A stretch of DNA of 64,000 nt from Planctomycetota bacterium (GCA_038212275.1 JBBQUR010000004.1:128001-192000), one strand, 5' to 3'. Shown: positions 9,872 through 19,951, numbered from the stretch's first letter. The notes: a model not told the origin generated them from the sequence alone. Made by a program: numbers and translations.

Positions 9872-9904
9872 TTGACGGCACGGCGCGTTAGGGCGATGTT
9901 AGGG
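9872..9904 (+). promoter_or_regulatory. Putative imuA promoter with overlapping direct repeat
   Basis: TTGACG (9872-9877)-17 nt-GATGTT (9895-9900); GTTAGGG at 9887-9893 and 9898-9904; ATG at 9907. Confidence 0.5.
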
Positions 9905-9906
9905 TC

Positions 9907-10584
9907 ATGCCCAGACGTCTGCCGGAACCGCCCGCCGCTCACTCCTCCTCGCCGCCGCGCACGGTCTCGTTGCCGGCGTTGCCGATGCTGCCGAGCGCCG
10001 AGGTCCCGTTCCTGTCGTCCGGCTGGGAGGCGCTGGATCGCCTGCTGGGCGGCGGCTGGCCCGCGGGCGTGCTCACGGAGGTCGTGGGACGCGGACGCAC
10101 CAGCCTGGCGCTTGCGGCCGTACGCCAGGCCCAGTCCGCGGGGCAGCCCGTGGCCTGGGTGGATGGTCCGGGAACGTTCTGCCCGCCGACCGCGAGCGTG
10201 GACCTCGCGCACCTGGCGCTCGTCCGTCCCCCGCGCACGGCCGGCGCAGCCACGGGAGCACGCGCCGCGACGCGTTGCTGGCTGGCCGGCGACCTGCTGC
10301 TGCGCAGCCGCGCCTTCGGACTGCTGGTGCTCGACCTGCCGCCGTGTCGGCCGTCGCTCGCTGTGTGCTTCCGGCTCGCGCGCCAGGCCGCCGCGGCGCG
10401 CACCGTGCTCCTGCTGCTCTCGGAAGCCGAGAGCGGCGTGGCGGGCTCCGCCGCCGGCGTGGCCGTGCTCGTGCGCCAGCAGCATCACGACTGGTCGCGA
10501 CGCACGCTCCCTCCGCCTCCCGCGCTGGAGCTCACCCTGCGGCGATATCGCGGCGGGGCGTCCGGCGCCTGCGTCGTGCTCTGA
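9907..10584 (+). CDS. imuA: ImuA/RecA-like mutagenesis cassette protein
   Basis: SSGWEALDRLLGGGWPAGVLTEVVG (RecA-like), degenerate P-loop GRGRTS, VAWVD, LLVLD; directly upstream of imuB-dnaE2. Confidence 0.85.
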   Translation: MPRRLPEPPAAHSSSPPRTVSLPALPMLPSAEVPFLSSGWEALDRLLGGGWPAGVLTEVVGRGRTSLALAAVRQAQSAGQPVAWVDGPGTFCPPTASVDLAHLALVRPPRTAGAATGARAATRCWLAGDLLLRSRAFGLLVLDLPPCRPSLAVCFRLARQAAAARTVLLLLSEAESGVAGSAAGVAVLVRQQHHDWSRRTLPPPPALELTLRRYRGGASGACVVL

Positions 10585-10586
10585 GC

Positions 10587-11921
10587 ATGCTCGCCTGCGT
10601 GCTGCTTGCAGATGCCGATGCGGCGCTTGCCCGGCGCCTCTTCGCCGTCTCGCCGAGCATGGCGTGCGACGGCGCGTGCGTGTTCCTCGATCTGCGCGGC
10701 CTGCAGCGGCTCCATCGCCATCCGGCCGGAGTCTTCGCGGCCATCCGCTCCGCACTGGCGCCGCAGGTTCCGCTGGGCATGGCACTTGCCGACAACCGCT
10801 TCACGGCGGAGATTGCCGCGCGTCACGGCCATGGCCCCGTCACGGTGCGCACCGGCGAGGAGGCGGCCTTCCTGGCGCACCTGCCGCTGGACGTGCTGCC
10901 GCTGCCGCACGCGCTCGCGCAGCGCCTGCTGCCGCTCGGCCTGCGCACGCTGGGTGATTTCGCATCGCTGCCGCGCGCGGCGGTCGAGCGTCGTTATGGC
11001 GCCGAAGGGCTGGCCTTGCACCGCCTGGCCTGCGGGCAGGATCGTCGCGAACTGCTGCCGCAGCGCGAGACGCGCGTCCTGTCGGTGCTGGTTGCGCTGG
11101 AGTGCCCGGTCGATCGCCTGGCGCTGCTGCTGCCCGCGCTGGAAACCGCGCTCGCGCAGCTCTGCGAGTGGGTGGCCGAGCAGGGTTGCGGCATCGTGCA
11201 ACTGGCGCTGGAGGTCGTGCTCGATCACGCGCTGGCCTCCGCCGACGAAGGCGCGGGGGAACCTGCCGCTGCGGGCGGCGCAGGGCTCGCGACATGGACC
11301 GTTGCGCTGCCGGAACCGGAGGCCCGCATGGCGCTGCTGCTGGAGCTGCTGCGCGGGCGCCTGGAGGCGGCGCCGCCCGGCGCGCCGGTCACGGCGCTGC
11401 GCCTGCACGCCCTGCGCACGGAGCCGCGCACCGGTCACCAGAACAACCTCTTCGGAGAGGTTGCACGCGACGCCACGCGACGCAGAGAGGCGCTGGCCCG
11501 GCTCGCGGCGCTCTTCGGTCCGCGCGCCGTGAGCACGCCGCAGGTCCAACGGGCGCACCGTCTCGAGCAGCGCTGGCATGTGCCCGACGAAGGCGCCGCC
11601 GCTGCGCCCGCTGCCGCACCCGCGCGCCCGCCCTTGCCGCCGAGTTCGGCGCCGACCTCGGCATCTCATGCCTTGCGCTGGTTGCCGGAGCCGGAGGAAC
11701 TCGTGCCGGTGCTCGCCCGCGGCAGGCTGGCGGCCTTCCGCCGCGGGCGGCAGGAACTGCGCGTGGTGCGATTCTCGGGGCCGCGCCGCCTGACCGGCGG
11801 CTGGTGGAAGCAGCCGTGGGTGCGCGACGAGTACGAACTGCTCACCGACGACGGTGCGCTTTACCGCGTCTGTCGTGACGGCGTGCGCGAGCGCTGGCTG
11901 CTGCTCGCGGAACTGGACTGA
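10587..11921 (+). CDS. imuB: ImuB, inactive Y-family polymerase homolog
   Basis: FLAHLPLDVL, LGLRTLGDFASLP, clamp-binding-like QNNLF, C-terminal GPRRLTGGWW...RDEY; lacks Y-family catalytic acidic motifs. Confidence 0.88.
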   Translation: MLACVLLADADAALARRLFAVSPSMACDGACVFLDLRGLQRLHRHPAGVFAAIRSALAPQVPLGMALADNRFTAEIAARHGHGPVTVRTGEEAAFLAHLPLDVLPLPHALAQRLLPLGLRTLGDFASLPRAAVERRYGAEGLALHRLACGQDRRELLPQRETRVLSVLVALECPVDRLALLLPALETALAQLCEWVAEQGCGIVQLALEVVLDHALASADEGAGEPAAAGGAGLATWTVALPEPEARMALLLELLRGRLEAAPPGAPVTALRLHALRTEPRTGHQNNLFGEVARDATRRREALARLAALFGPRAVSTPQVQRAHRLEQRWHVPDEGAAAAPAAAPARPPLPPSSAPTSASHALRWLPEPEELVPVLARGRLAAFRRGRQELRVVRFSGPRRLTGGWWKQPWVRDEYELLTDDGALYRVCRDGVRERWLLLAELD

Positions 11922-14900
11922 TGGCCGCCGTCGCACGCCCCGCAGCCGCTTATGCCGAACTGCAGTGCCAGTCGGCGTTCAGCTTCCTGCGCGGCGCCTC
12001 GGAACCCGAGACGCTCGTCGCGCGCGCCGCGGAACTCGGCTACGCGGCGCTCGCGCTCACGGACCGCGACGGCCTCTACGGCACGCCGCGTTTCCACAAG
12101 GCGGCTGCCGCGGCCGGCCTGCACGCGATCCACGGCATCACGCTCACGCTGTCCCGCGCCGCACGCCGGACAGCCAGCGCACCGGAAGCCAACACGGGCG
12201 CATTTGCACGCACCACGGTACGAACCGCGACACGCAGCACCGCGCGAACTCCAGCGCGCAGCTGGACACGCCCCGCGGACACGGCAGTTCCTCCGCGCAC
12301 CGAGGCCGGCTGCGACGGCAGCCCGGCGACGGCGGACGATCGCGTGGTCCTGCTGGCGGAAGACGACGCCGGCTGGAGCAGCCTGTGTCGGCTCAGCTCT
12401 GCGGCGCGGCACATCTCGCGTACCGCGCCGGTCACGCCGCTGGAGACGCTGGCGGCGCACCGCGCGGGCCTGCTTGCCCTCGCCGGCCCGCACCTGCCGG
12501 AGGCCGCCGTCACGGGCCTGCGCGAGGTCTTCGGACAGGACCGGCTGTTCCTCGCGATTCACGACCGGCTGCTGAAGCGCGACCTGCGCGGGCAGGCGTT
12601 GCAACGCGAGCGCTCGGCGCGCTTCGGCGTGCCGCTGCTCGTCACCGGTGGCGTGCGCTTCGCGCGCCGCGCCGACAAGCCCGTGCACGACGTGCTCACC
12701 TGCGTGCGCCACAAGCTCGACCTCGAGGCGGCCGGCACGCGCCTGCTGCCCAATGCGGAGTTCTGCCTGCGACCGATCGCGGAGCTGGCAGCACTGTTCC
12801 GCCATTGCCCGGACGCGCTGGCCCGCACGCTCGCGGTGGCCGAACGCTGCCGCTTCGACCTCGCGCGCCTCGCGTACCGCTTCCCGACCTTTGCGCCGCC
12901 GCCTGGCGAGACCTCCTCCTCGTACCTGCGCGCCCTGGTGCAGGCCGGCGCACACCGTCGCTATCGTCCCCTGCACGACGCCGCCGCACGGCAGATCGCG
13001 CGCGAGCTGGAGCTCATCGAACGCCTCGACCTGGCGGGCTACTTCCTGCTCGTGCACGAGATCGTGCGCTTCTGCGAGGACAACGACATCCTCTGCCAGG
13101 GCCGCGGCTCGGCCGCCAACAGCGCGGTGTGCTACGCGCTCGGCATCACTTCGGTGGACCCGGTGGGGATGGGACTGCTCTTCGAGCGCTTCCTCTCCGA
13201 GAACCGCGGCGAGATGCCGGACATCGATCTCGACATCGAGCACCAGCGGCGCGAGGAGGTGCTGCAGCATGTCTATGCGCGCTACGGACGCGACCACGCC
13301 GCGCTGGCGGCCGAGGTGGTCAGCTACCGTGCGCGCTCGGCGGTGCGCGATGCCGGCAAGGCGCTGGGCTTCACGCTGGCGGAGGTCGAGAGTCTTGCCT
13401 CCGGCCTCGAGCGCCGCCACGACGGCGACAGCGGCGAATTGCCCGCCGGGTGGACGCAGCATCGCGACGATCCGCGCGTGCCGCACCTGCTGCGCCTCGT
13501 GGCCGCGCTGTCGGGCCTGCCGCGCCACCTGTCCATCCATGTCGGCGGCATGATCATCACGGGGCCGCCGCTCACCGATGTCATGCCGGTGGAGCCCGCC
13601 GCGATGCCCGGCCGCACCGTCGTGCCCTGGGACAAGGACGACCTCTCCGCTCTGGGCATCCTGAAGATCGACCTGCTGGGCCTCGGCATGCTCAGCGTGC
13701 TGGCGCGCAGCTTCCGCCTCGTGAACGCCTTTCCGACGGAGGCCCCGGGCCGCGACGCTTTTCCGCCGCCCGAGCCGCTGGCGCTGCACACCGTGCCCTC
13801 CGACGACACGGCGACGTGGGAGCTGCTCTGCCGCGCCGACACGGTGGGCGTGTTCCAGGTGGAATCGCGCGCGCAGATGAACTGCCTGCCGCGCCTGCGG
13901 CCGCGCTGTTTCTACGACCTCGTCGTGGAGGTGGCGCTCATCCGCCCCGGGCCGATCCACGGCGACATGGTGCATCCCTACCTGCGTCGTCGCGCGGGCC
14001 GTGAGGCCGTGACGTATCCGCACCCGAGCCTGCGGCCCATCCTCGAGCGCACGCTCGGCGTGCCGCTCTTCCAGGAACAGGGCATGCGCATCGCGATGAG
14101 CGCGGCCGGCTTCACCGGCAGCGAGGCCGACGAGTTGCGCCGCGCGATGGGCCACAAGCGCAGCCACGCGCGCATGGCCGAGTTGTCCCGGCGCCTGATC
14201 GACGGTCTCGTGGCGCACGGCATCCCGCACGACGCGGCGCAGACCATCAACCACCAGCTGGCCGCCTTCGCCGACTACGGCTTCCCCGAATCGCACGCGG
14301 CCTCCTTCGCGCGGCTGGCGTGGGCCTCGGCCTGGTTGAAGGCGCACCATCCGGCGCACTTCCTCTGCGCGCTGCTCAACAGCCAGCCGATGGGCTTCTA
14401 CGCGCCCGCCGTGCTGGTCAGCGACAGCCAGCGCCACGGCGTGACCGTGCTGCCGGTGGACGTGCTGCAGAGCGACTGGGACAGCCGGCTGCAGTGGGTG
14501 GAGGTGCAGACCGCGCCGACCGTCCGGAACGGTGCGGCGCGGACTGCCTCCCTCCAGCTGCGACGTGCGCTGCGGGGCGCACGCCTGCAGTCCGGTGGGA
14601 CAGGCGTCCCGGACACGGCCATCGCGGGTGATGTTTCAAGGAACTCGGCACGCGCCGGGGGCGCCCCGAAGGAAGAGTCGGCAGCGCCCGCTCCGGATTA
14701 CGCAGCCTCCGCAGAATCTTCGCGTGAGGCATGGGGCAGCGCCGGTGCTGGCGCCGAGAGCGAGGGAGAGAGCGCGGACGAGAGCGCGGTCCACGTCCGC
14801 GACGCGCGGTGCGATGCGGTGGGCGAAGCGCCACGCGGTTCGCGTCCGGTGCTCGGCGTGCGGCTCGGGCTGTGCACCGTGCGGGGCCTCGGGCCGGCGT

Positions 14901-15640
14901 GCGAGGCCGGCGTGCGCGCGGGACTCGCGTCGGTGGGGGCGCACGGGCCGTTCGTCAGCGCGGAGGACTTCGCGCGCAGGACAGGCCTCGAGCGTGCGCC
15001 GATGGAGTCGCTCGCACGTCTCGGTGCGCTGGAGGGTTTCGCGGCGCGGCGTCGCGATGCGCTGTGGGCCGTCGCACAGATGGCGCGGCGGGTGCCGGGA
15101 CCGCTGGCCGCGCCGCTGCCGCCCGAACGCGCGGTGCGGCTGCCGGACCAGGATGCGGCCGAGGTCGTGCGCGAAAACTATCGCGTCGGCGGCATCAGCG
15201 TGGAGCGCCATCCTCTGGAACTGCTGCGCGCGCAGCTCGACGCGGCCGGCGCCCTGCGCGCGCGCGATCTCCTCGCGGCGGACGGCGCAGGAAGATCGCG
15301 CGCGACTTCGCCACGCCCCGGTGGCGAAGGAACATCACGCGCGAACGCGCCGCGCCCCGGCGGCGAGGTGTGGGTGGCGGGCATGGTCATCTGCCGGCAG
15401 CGGCCGACCACGGCCAGGGGACTCACCTTCGTGACGCTCGAGGACGAGACCGGCTTCGTCAACCTCATCGTCGAACCGGTGCTGGCCGCGCGCGATCGCG
15501 ACGGATTGCACGCCTGCCTGCTGCTCGCGGTCGGTCGCCTGCAACGCGCGGACGGCGTGGTGAACATCAAGGCCACGCGCCTCATCTCCCTGGATCGCGG
15601 CGTGCCGATCGAAGGCGTCGCATCGCACGACTATCGCTGA
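11921..15640 (+). CDS. dnaE2: Error-prone DNA polymerase DnaE2 (ImuC)
   Basis: YAELQCQSAFSFLRGAS PHP start, QGRGSAANS, PDIDLD, LKIDLLGLGML, YGFPESHA, FVTLEDETG, C-terminal SHDYR (SRDF-like). Confidence 0.96.
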   Translation: MAAVARPAAAYAELQCQSAFSFLRGASEPETLVARAAELGYAALALTDRDGLYGTPRFHKAAAAAGLHAIHGITLTLSRAARRTASAPEANTGAFARTTVRTATRSTARTPARSWTRPADTAVPPRTEAGCDGSPATADDRVVLLAEDDAGWSSLCRLSSAARHISRTAPVTPLETLAAHRAGLLALAGPHLPEAAVTGLREVFGQDRLFLAIHDRLLKRDLRGQALQRERSARFGVPLLVTGGVRFARRADKPVHDVLTCVRHKLDLEAAGTRLLPNAEFCLRPIAELAALFRHCPDALARTLAVAERCRFDLARLAYRFPTFAPPPGETSSSYLRALVQAGAHRRYRPLHDAAARQIARELELIERLDLAGYFLLVHEIVRFCEDNDILCQGRGSAANSAVCYALGITSVDPVGMGLLFERFLSENRGEMPDIDLDIEHQRREEVLQHVYARYGRDHAALAAEVVSYRARSAVRDAGKALGFTLAEVESLASGLERRHDGDSGELPAGWTQHRDDPRVPHLLRLVAALSGLPRHLSIHVGGMIITGPPLTDVMPVEPAAMPGRTVVPWDKDDLSALGILKIDLLGLGMLSVLARSFRLVNAFPTEAPGRDAFPPPEPLALHTVPSDDTATWELLCRADTVGVFQVESRAQMNCLPRLRPRCFYDLVVEVALIRPGPIHGDMVHPYLRRRAGREAVTYPHPSLRPILERTLGVPLFQEQGMRIAMSAAGFTGSEADELRRAMGHKRSHARMAELSRRLIDGLVAHGIPHDAAQTINHQLAAFADYGFPESHAASFARLAWASAWLKAHHPAHFLCALLNSQPMGFYAPAVLVSDSQRHGVTVLPVDVLQSDWDSRLQWVEVQTAPTVRNGAARTASLQLRRALRGARLQSGGTGVPDTAIAGDVSRNSARAGGAPKEESAAPAPDYAASAESSREAWGSAGAGAESEGESADESAVHVRDARCDAVGEAPRGSRPVLGVRLGLCTVRGLGPACEAGVRAGLASVGAHGPFVSAEDFARRTGLERAPMESLARLGALEGFAARRRDALWAVAQMARRVPGPLAAPLPPERAVRLPDQDAAEVVRENYRVGGISVERHPLELLRAQLDAAGALRARDLLAADGAGRSRATSPRPGGEGTSRANAPRPGGEVWVAGMVICRQRPTTARGLTFVTLEDETGFVNLIVEPVLAARDRDGLHACLLLAVGRLQRADGVVNIKATRLISLDRGVPIEGVASHDYR

Positions 15641-15671
15641 GGCCTGTCCCGCCGAGGACTGCCTGCGCAGC

Positions 15672-16061
15672 TCATGCGTACGAAAGCAGCCGGTAGGCCT
15701 CCATGATCCAGCCGGACGGTTGGCGCCGGAAAACGACGAGCTCGCTGCTGCCGACCATCGTGCTGGTCCGATGGCCTCGCGCCACGAGCGCCACCGATCG
15801 CGTGGCGTCGAAGAGCACGGGCGACAGCGTGATGAAACCGTCCGAGCAGAACGCGGCGCGCAGGCGATCCCAACCCGGCATGTCGTCCGCCACGCTGGCG
15901 CGCGTCACGAAGACCTCCGGCGCAGGGGCCGGGATGACTTCGGGTGCGCAGGCGCCGACGCTGACACTGGCGCCGACACCTGCGAGCATCGCGGCGAGAA
16001 GCCGTGCCGCCGCCAGCGGGGGCCGCGACTCCGGCGCGCTGCGCGGGGCTGTCTGCGTCAC
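15672..16061 (-). CDS. Small hypothetical protein, possible lipoprotein
   Basis: GTG overlaps the upstream stop (GTGA); hydrophobic stretch ending VGAC; C-terminal 'ITLSPVLFD...ALV...LVVFRR...GW' beta pattern. Confidence 0.5.
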   Translation of the reverse strand: MTQTAPRSAPESRPPLAAARLLAAMLAGVGASVSVGACAPEVIPAPAPEVFVTRASVADDMPGWDRLRAAFCSDGFITLSPVLFDATRSVALVARGHRTSTMVGSSELVVFRRQPSGWIMEAYRLLSYA

Positions 16062-19000
16062 TGACGCGTGAAGCTTTCGAACTTCAGCGAGGTGGAGAGA
16101 CCGGCAGCCGGCGCGCCGCCCGCGACGAAGATGCGGCCCTGGAAGAGCGCGGGGGAGATGCCGTGGCGCGCCGTGGGGAGGCTGGCCTCGAGGCGCCAGA
16201 CATTCGTCGCGGGGTTGTAGGCGTCCACGCGGGCGTAGGTCTTCTGCGGCGTGGCGCCGACGCCGTTCAAGGTCTCGCCGCCCATCACGTAGAACTCGCC
16301 GGCCCAGAAGACGGCGCGGCCCATGTCGCTGCGTGCCACCGGCAGCGGGGCGAGAGACGGCAGGAGCTGCGAGAGCGACCACGCATTGGTCTGCGGGTCG
16401 TAGATCTCGACGCTGTTGAAACCGTTGGCGGCCTGCCCGGAATCGCCGCTGCCGAAACCCTTGCCGCCGAAGATGTAGAAGCGCTGGCCATCGGTGCCGC
16501 TCGCCGCATGATGCCTGCCCTGATGGAAGGGGAGCGAGGCGCGCGGCTGCCAGGCGTTGGTCGCCGGGTCGTACACCGCGCACAGGTCGGAGGTCGTGCC
16601 GCCCGCCAGTCCGCCGGCTGCATACAACTTCCCGCCGATGACCGCGGTCGAGACGGCGCTGCCGGTCCAGGGGAGATCCGGGCCGATCGCCCAGACGCCG
16701 ATAGCAGGGTCAAGGATCTGCAGGCGACCTTCGGAGCCTGCACCGAGTCCGCCCACGACGTAGAGGCGCCCGGCCAGCGCCTGCGCCGCATGCGCGCTGC
16801 CGGCAAAGGGACGCGGCGTCTTGAACTGCCAGCTGGGGTCGGCGGGCTTGTCGAGGTCGAGCAGGGTCAGCGCGAGCGTGTTCGAGTCATGGTCGGGCAG
16901 GACGTAGAGCACGCCGTTCACGACGGCGCTCGCGACGCCGCCCACTGCGTACGGCAACTCGCCGCCGCCGCTGTCGCTGCCGCCGCCGAACCAGACACCG
17001 GGCTCCTGGCCCTTCTGCGGATACAGAGTGCGAAAGGCGCCGGGGAGCACAGCCGGCAGAGAGCGCGTGATGACGGTCACATCGAGCGGTGTCGCGCTCA
17101 CGATCGGCTGCGACGGCAGCAGGCCGCGAATGCGCGTCGGCGTGACCGAGAGCACGCTCGCCTGCTCGGTGCCGACGAAGACCACGGTGTCGCCGGTGGA
17201 GCCGAAGCCACGCCCGCCGAGGACGAAGGGCGTGCCGCCAGTGGAGGGAGCACGCCACGGCAGCATGTCCAGCAGCTCGACACCACCGCTCGCGGGCTCG
17301 ACCGGCACGAGCACCTGCAGCTGGCTGCCCGTGTAGTTCACGGAGATGAGCGCGCCGCCCGGACCCTGCACGAGATCCAGCGAGTTGCTGTCCGGCAGCA
17401 GGGCCTGCTGCTCGATGACCGAGCGTCCGTCCGGCGAAAGCTTGACGCGCTGCGCAGGGCCGACCCACTTCTGCACGATGAGCTGCCCCTCGAGCTGGCC
17501 GCCGAAGGTGCGCGCCGTGTACTCGAGGATGCCGTCGCTGCTCGACGGGAGAATCGTCAGCGTCTGCGTGAAGACGTCGGGCAGCGAGGGCTGGTGCGGG
17601 TCGCGGTAAATGGCCTGCCGGGCATCGAACTGCCCGCGGCTGCGATTGGGGCTGCCGTAGTAGTTGCCCGCTTCGACGAGCAGCAATTCATCCGGTTCAT
17701 CGGGGTCGGGCGCCGACGTCGTCATGCCGGTGGACGCGGCGCCGAAGTTGACGTTGGGCCCGTTGTCCGTGGAATACAGCCGGCCGGCGCGCGTGTACAC
17801 GAGGTCGTAGGGATTGCGCAGTCCAGAGGCATGCACCGTGACATGACTTCCGGGAGCGACCTTCACCTGCTCGCCGTGGCGCTGGTCGTTGTCGGGCAGC
17901 CCGGTCACGATGTCGACGTAGGTCACCTTGCCGTTGAAGCCGGGGCGCGAGGTGGCCGCCTTCAGCGTCGCGCACGACAGCGGCGATTCCGGCAGGCCGC
18001 CGAAGCCCAGCGCCGAGACGCCCGCGTTGGTCGTGCTGCCGGTGTCGATGAGCAGGTCGCCGTTGTTGTCGAACTGCAGGCCGTTCACCGCGTGTCCGCT
18101 GTTGCTCTGGGGCAGACCCGTGACGAGCGGCGCGGGCGCATCGAAGTTCGGACCGGTGAGCACCGACACCTGGCCCCAGTAGACGGAGGGCGTCTGCGGC
18201 GGGTTGCCGCCGTTGGCGTACAGGAAACCGTGCGCGACGTAGACGCGGACCGGCGACGGCGGGTCGAAGGGATTGAAGGTCAGGCCCGTGATGTTCCGGT
18301 TGGGAAGCTGCGACACGCCCGCAAAGGTGCTGACCGAGGTCGCATTCCATTGCTCGTCGAAGCTGACGGCTTTCAGCTCACCGTCGAGCGTGGCGACGTA
18401 GAGCCTGCCGTCGGGACCCCACTCGGCGGCGGTCGGATTCTGCAGGCCGAGGCTGGACACGGTCGCGAAGTTGATCGCGCCCTGCCCTCCGTTGACATAG
18501 GTGAAGCTGGAGGCGTTGCTCGTGCCCTGCGGCGACTGCACGGTGACGGCCAGGACACCCTCGTCATGCGGCGGCGCCGTGAACGTGATGCTCGACGGCG
18601 TGATGAGCAGGCCGTTCGCCTGCGTGAGGTTGACATCACCCCAATGCACGATGAGCGCCGAAGCAGGGAAGTAGCCCGTGCCGCTCAGCGTGATGGCGGC
18701 GCCGCCCGCCGGCGACCCCGAGGCGGGCATCAGTGCGTTGAGCACGGGCGGAGTCGATGTCTCATCGTGGGTCAGCAGCGCCGCATCGATGACCTGCTGC
18801 GGGTTGCCGCCGACCGAGGCCGTGACGGCGAGCGGCAGGGAGGCCAGAGAGGGCACGGCGAATCGCGCTTGCAGCGCGTGTGCGCCGGCCGTCAGGCTGA
18901 GTGCTCCGGTGACAAGCGCGCCGTCGAGAAGGAGGCGGCGATCGCTGCCGCCCGTTGCAGCGAAGCTCCACGCGCCGGAGGCGGGCAGGTTCAACGTCGC

Positions 19001-19951
19001 GTCGAGGCGCACGAGCGCATGGCCGGCGTAGGGCGAGCCGCCAACGCTGCCGCCGCCATCCACGACCTCCAGCGAGTCGACGGTCTCGGCCCAGTCCGCA
19101 GTGGCCGGCGGAGAGTCGAGCAGCGTGGCGGGATCGGCAGCGCCCGAGTCGTTGTAGCGCACGAAGACGCCCGGCACGGACTTCGCCGCCACCACCTGCA
19201 CCGTCTGCAGCGCGAGGAGCGTGTTCTTCGGGAGGTGATCGTCCGCGATGAGCAGCGAGATCGGATGACTTCCGAGAGCGAGGGGCACGCCGGCGATCTC
19301 GGTCGTCGAGAGCGTCGTGCCGTTCTCCTTCCAGGTCCAGCCGGTGAGCATGTGGCCGAGTTCGTGCGTGTGGCTGTCGCTGCCATCGAGGACGACCGTC
19401 TCGCTGCCATCCCCGTCGTGGTCCACCACGAGTGAGGGCGCGAGGATCACCGTGTGCAATTGCGTGTTCGTGATCACCGAGACGTGCAGCGCCTTCGTCA
19501 GTACGGCGCTCACGGGAGCAAGCTGCTCGAAGACGGCCCATTGGAAGTACAGGTCGCTGCCCAGCGCGGACGGCAGCTTGAAGCCGACCTTGAGCGTGCC
19601 GTCGGGCTTGGCGGTGAGCAGGACGCGCGTCTCGCCCGACGTGAGGAACTGGCAGCCGGGTTGAACGCCGGGCACGCCGGTGAGGTCGAGTGGCAGCGGC
19701 CCGTAGTCCGACGTGCTGTCCGACGTGCCGACGTAGAGCAGCACGAGGGCGGAAGGCGGAGCGCCCGCGAGTTCGATCGCTGCGGACTTGCCCGGATTGA
19801 AGGAACCCGAGTAGCTGATCGTCGGCGTCGAGACTGCGCCCGAGCAACCGGCGCCGTAGGGCTCGACGACCTGCGCCGTGGCGACGGAACCGCCCAGCAG
19901 GCTGGTCAGCAACCAGAGTCCCAGTGAGAGTGTCGGGCTCGCGCGGGTCAT
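16058..19951 (-). CDS. Large secreted multidomain protein: Cys module, PKD-like, PA14-like, IPT/TIG, glucose/sorbosone-dehydrogenase-like propeller, IPT, Kelch repeats
   Basis: Signal peptide (…ATAQ), VVLDGSDS, PASGSPAGGAAITLSGTGY (IPT), WGPDGRLYV, GLRNPY, TDNGPN, Kelch LYVVGG/LYAAGG/FYIFGG...YDP..N.W repeats. Confidence 0.85.
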   Translation of the reverse strand: MTRASPTLSLGLWLLTSLLGGSVATAQVVEPYGAGCSGAVSTPTISYSGSFNPGKSAAIELAGAPPSALVLLYVGTSDSTSDYGPLPLDLTGVPGVQPGCQFLTSGETRVLLTAKPDGTLKVGFKLPSALGSDLYFQWAVFEQLAPVSAVLTKALHVSVITNTQLHTVILAPSLVVDHDGDGSETVVLDGSDSHTHELGHMLTGWTWKENGTTLSTTEIAGVPLALGSHPISLLIADDHLPKNTLLALQTVQVVAAKSVPGVFVRYNDSGAADPATLLDSPPATADWAETVDSLEVVDGGGSVGGSPYAGHALVRLDATLNLPASGAWSFAATGGSDRRLLLDGALVTGALSLTAGAHALQARFAVPSLASLPLAVTASVGGNPQQVIDAALLTHDETSTPPVLNALMPASGSPAGGAAITLSGTGYFPASALIVHWGDVNLTQANGLLITPSSITFTAPPHDEGVLAVTVQSPQGTSNASSFTYVNGGQGAINFATVSSLGLQNPTAAEWGPDGRLYVATLDGELKAVSFDEQWNATSVSTFAGVSQLPNRNITGLTFNPFDPPSPVRVYVAHGFLYANGGNPPQTPSVYWGQVSVLTGPNFDAPAPLVTGLPQSNSGHAVNGLQFDNNGDLLIDTGSTTNAGVSALGFGGLPESPLSCATLKAATSRPGFNGKVTYVDIVTGLPDNDQRHGEQVKVAPGSHVTVHASGLRNPYDLVYTRAGRLYSTDNGPNVNFGAASTGMTTSAPDPDEPDELLLVEAGNYYGSPNRSRGQFDARQAIYRDPHQPSLPDVFTQTLTILPSSSDGILEYTARTFGGQLEGQLIVQKWVGPAQRVKLSPDGRSVIEQQALLPDSNSLDLVQGPGGALISVNYTGSQLQVLVPVEPASGGVELLDMLPWRAPSTGGTPFVLGGRGFGSTGDTVVFVGTEQASVLSVTPTRIRGLLPSQPIVSATPLDVTVITRSLPAVLPGAFRTLYPQKGQEPGVWFGGGSDSGGGELPYAVGGVASAVVNGVLYVLPDHDSNTLALTLLDLDKPADPSWQFKTPRPFAGSAHAAQALAGRLYVVGGLGAGSEGRLQILDPAIGVWAIGPDLPWTGSAVSTAVIGGKLYAAGGLAGGTTSDLCAVYDPATNAWQPRASLPFHQGRHHAASGTDGQRFYIFGGKGFGSGDSGQAANGFNSVEIYDPQTNAWSLSQLLPSLAPLPVARSDMGRAVFWAGEFYVMGGETLNGVGATPQKTYARVDAYNPATNVWRLEASLPTARHGISPALFQGRIFVAGGAPAAGLSTSLKFESFTRQ

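Noticed and set aside
14495..14850. Intein in DnaE2
   Set aside because: No Cys/Ser N-terminal block and no His-Asn C-terminus; low-complexity sequence.
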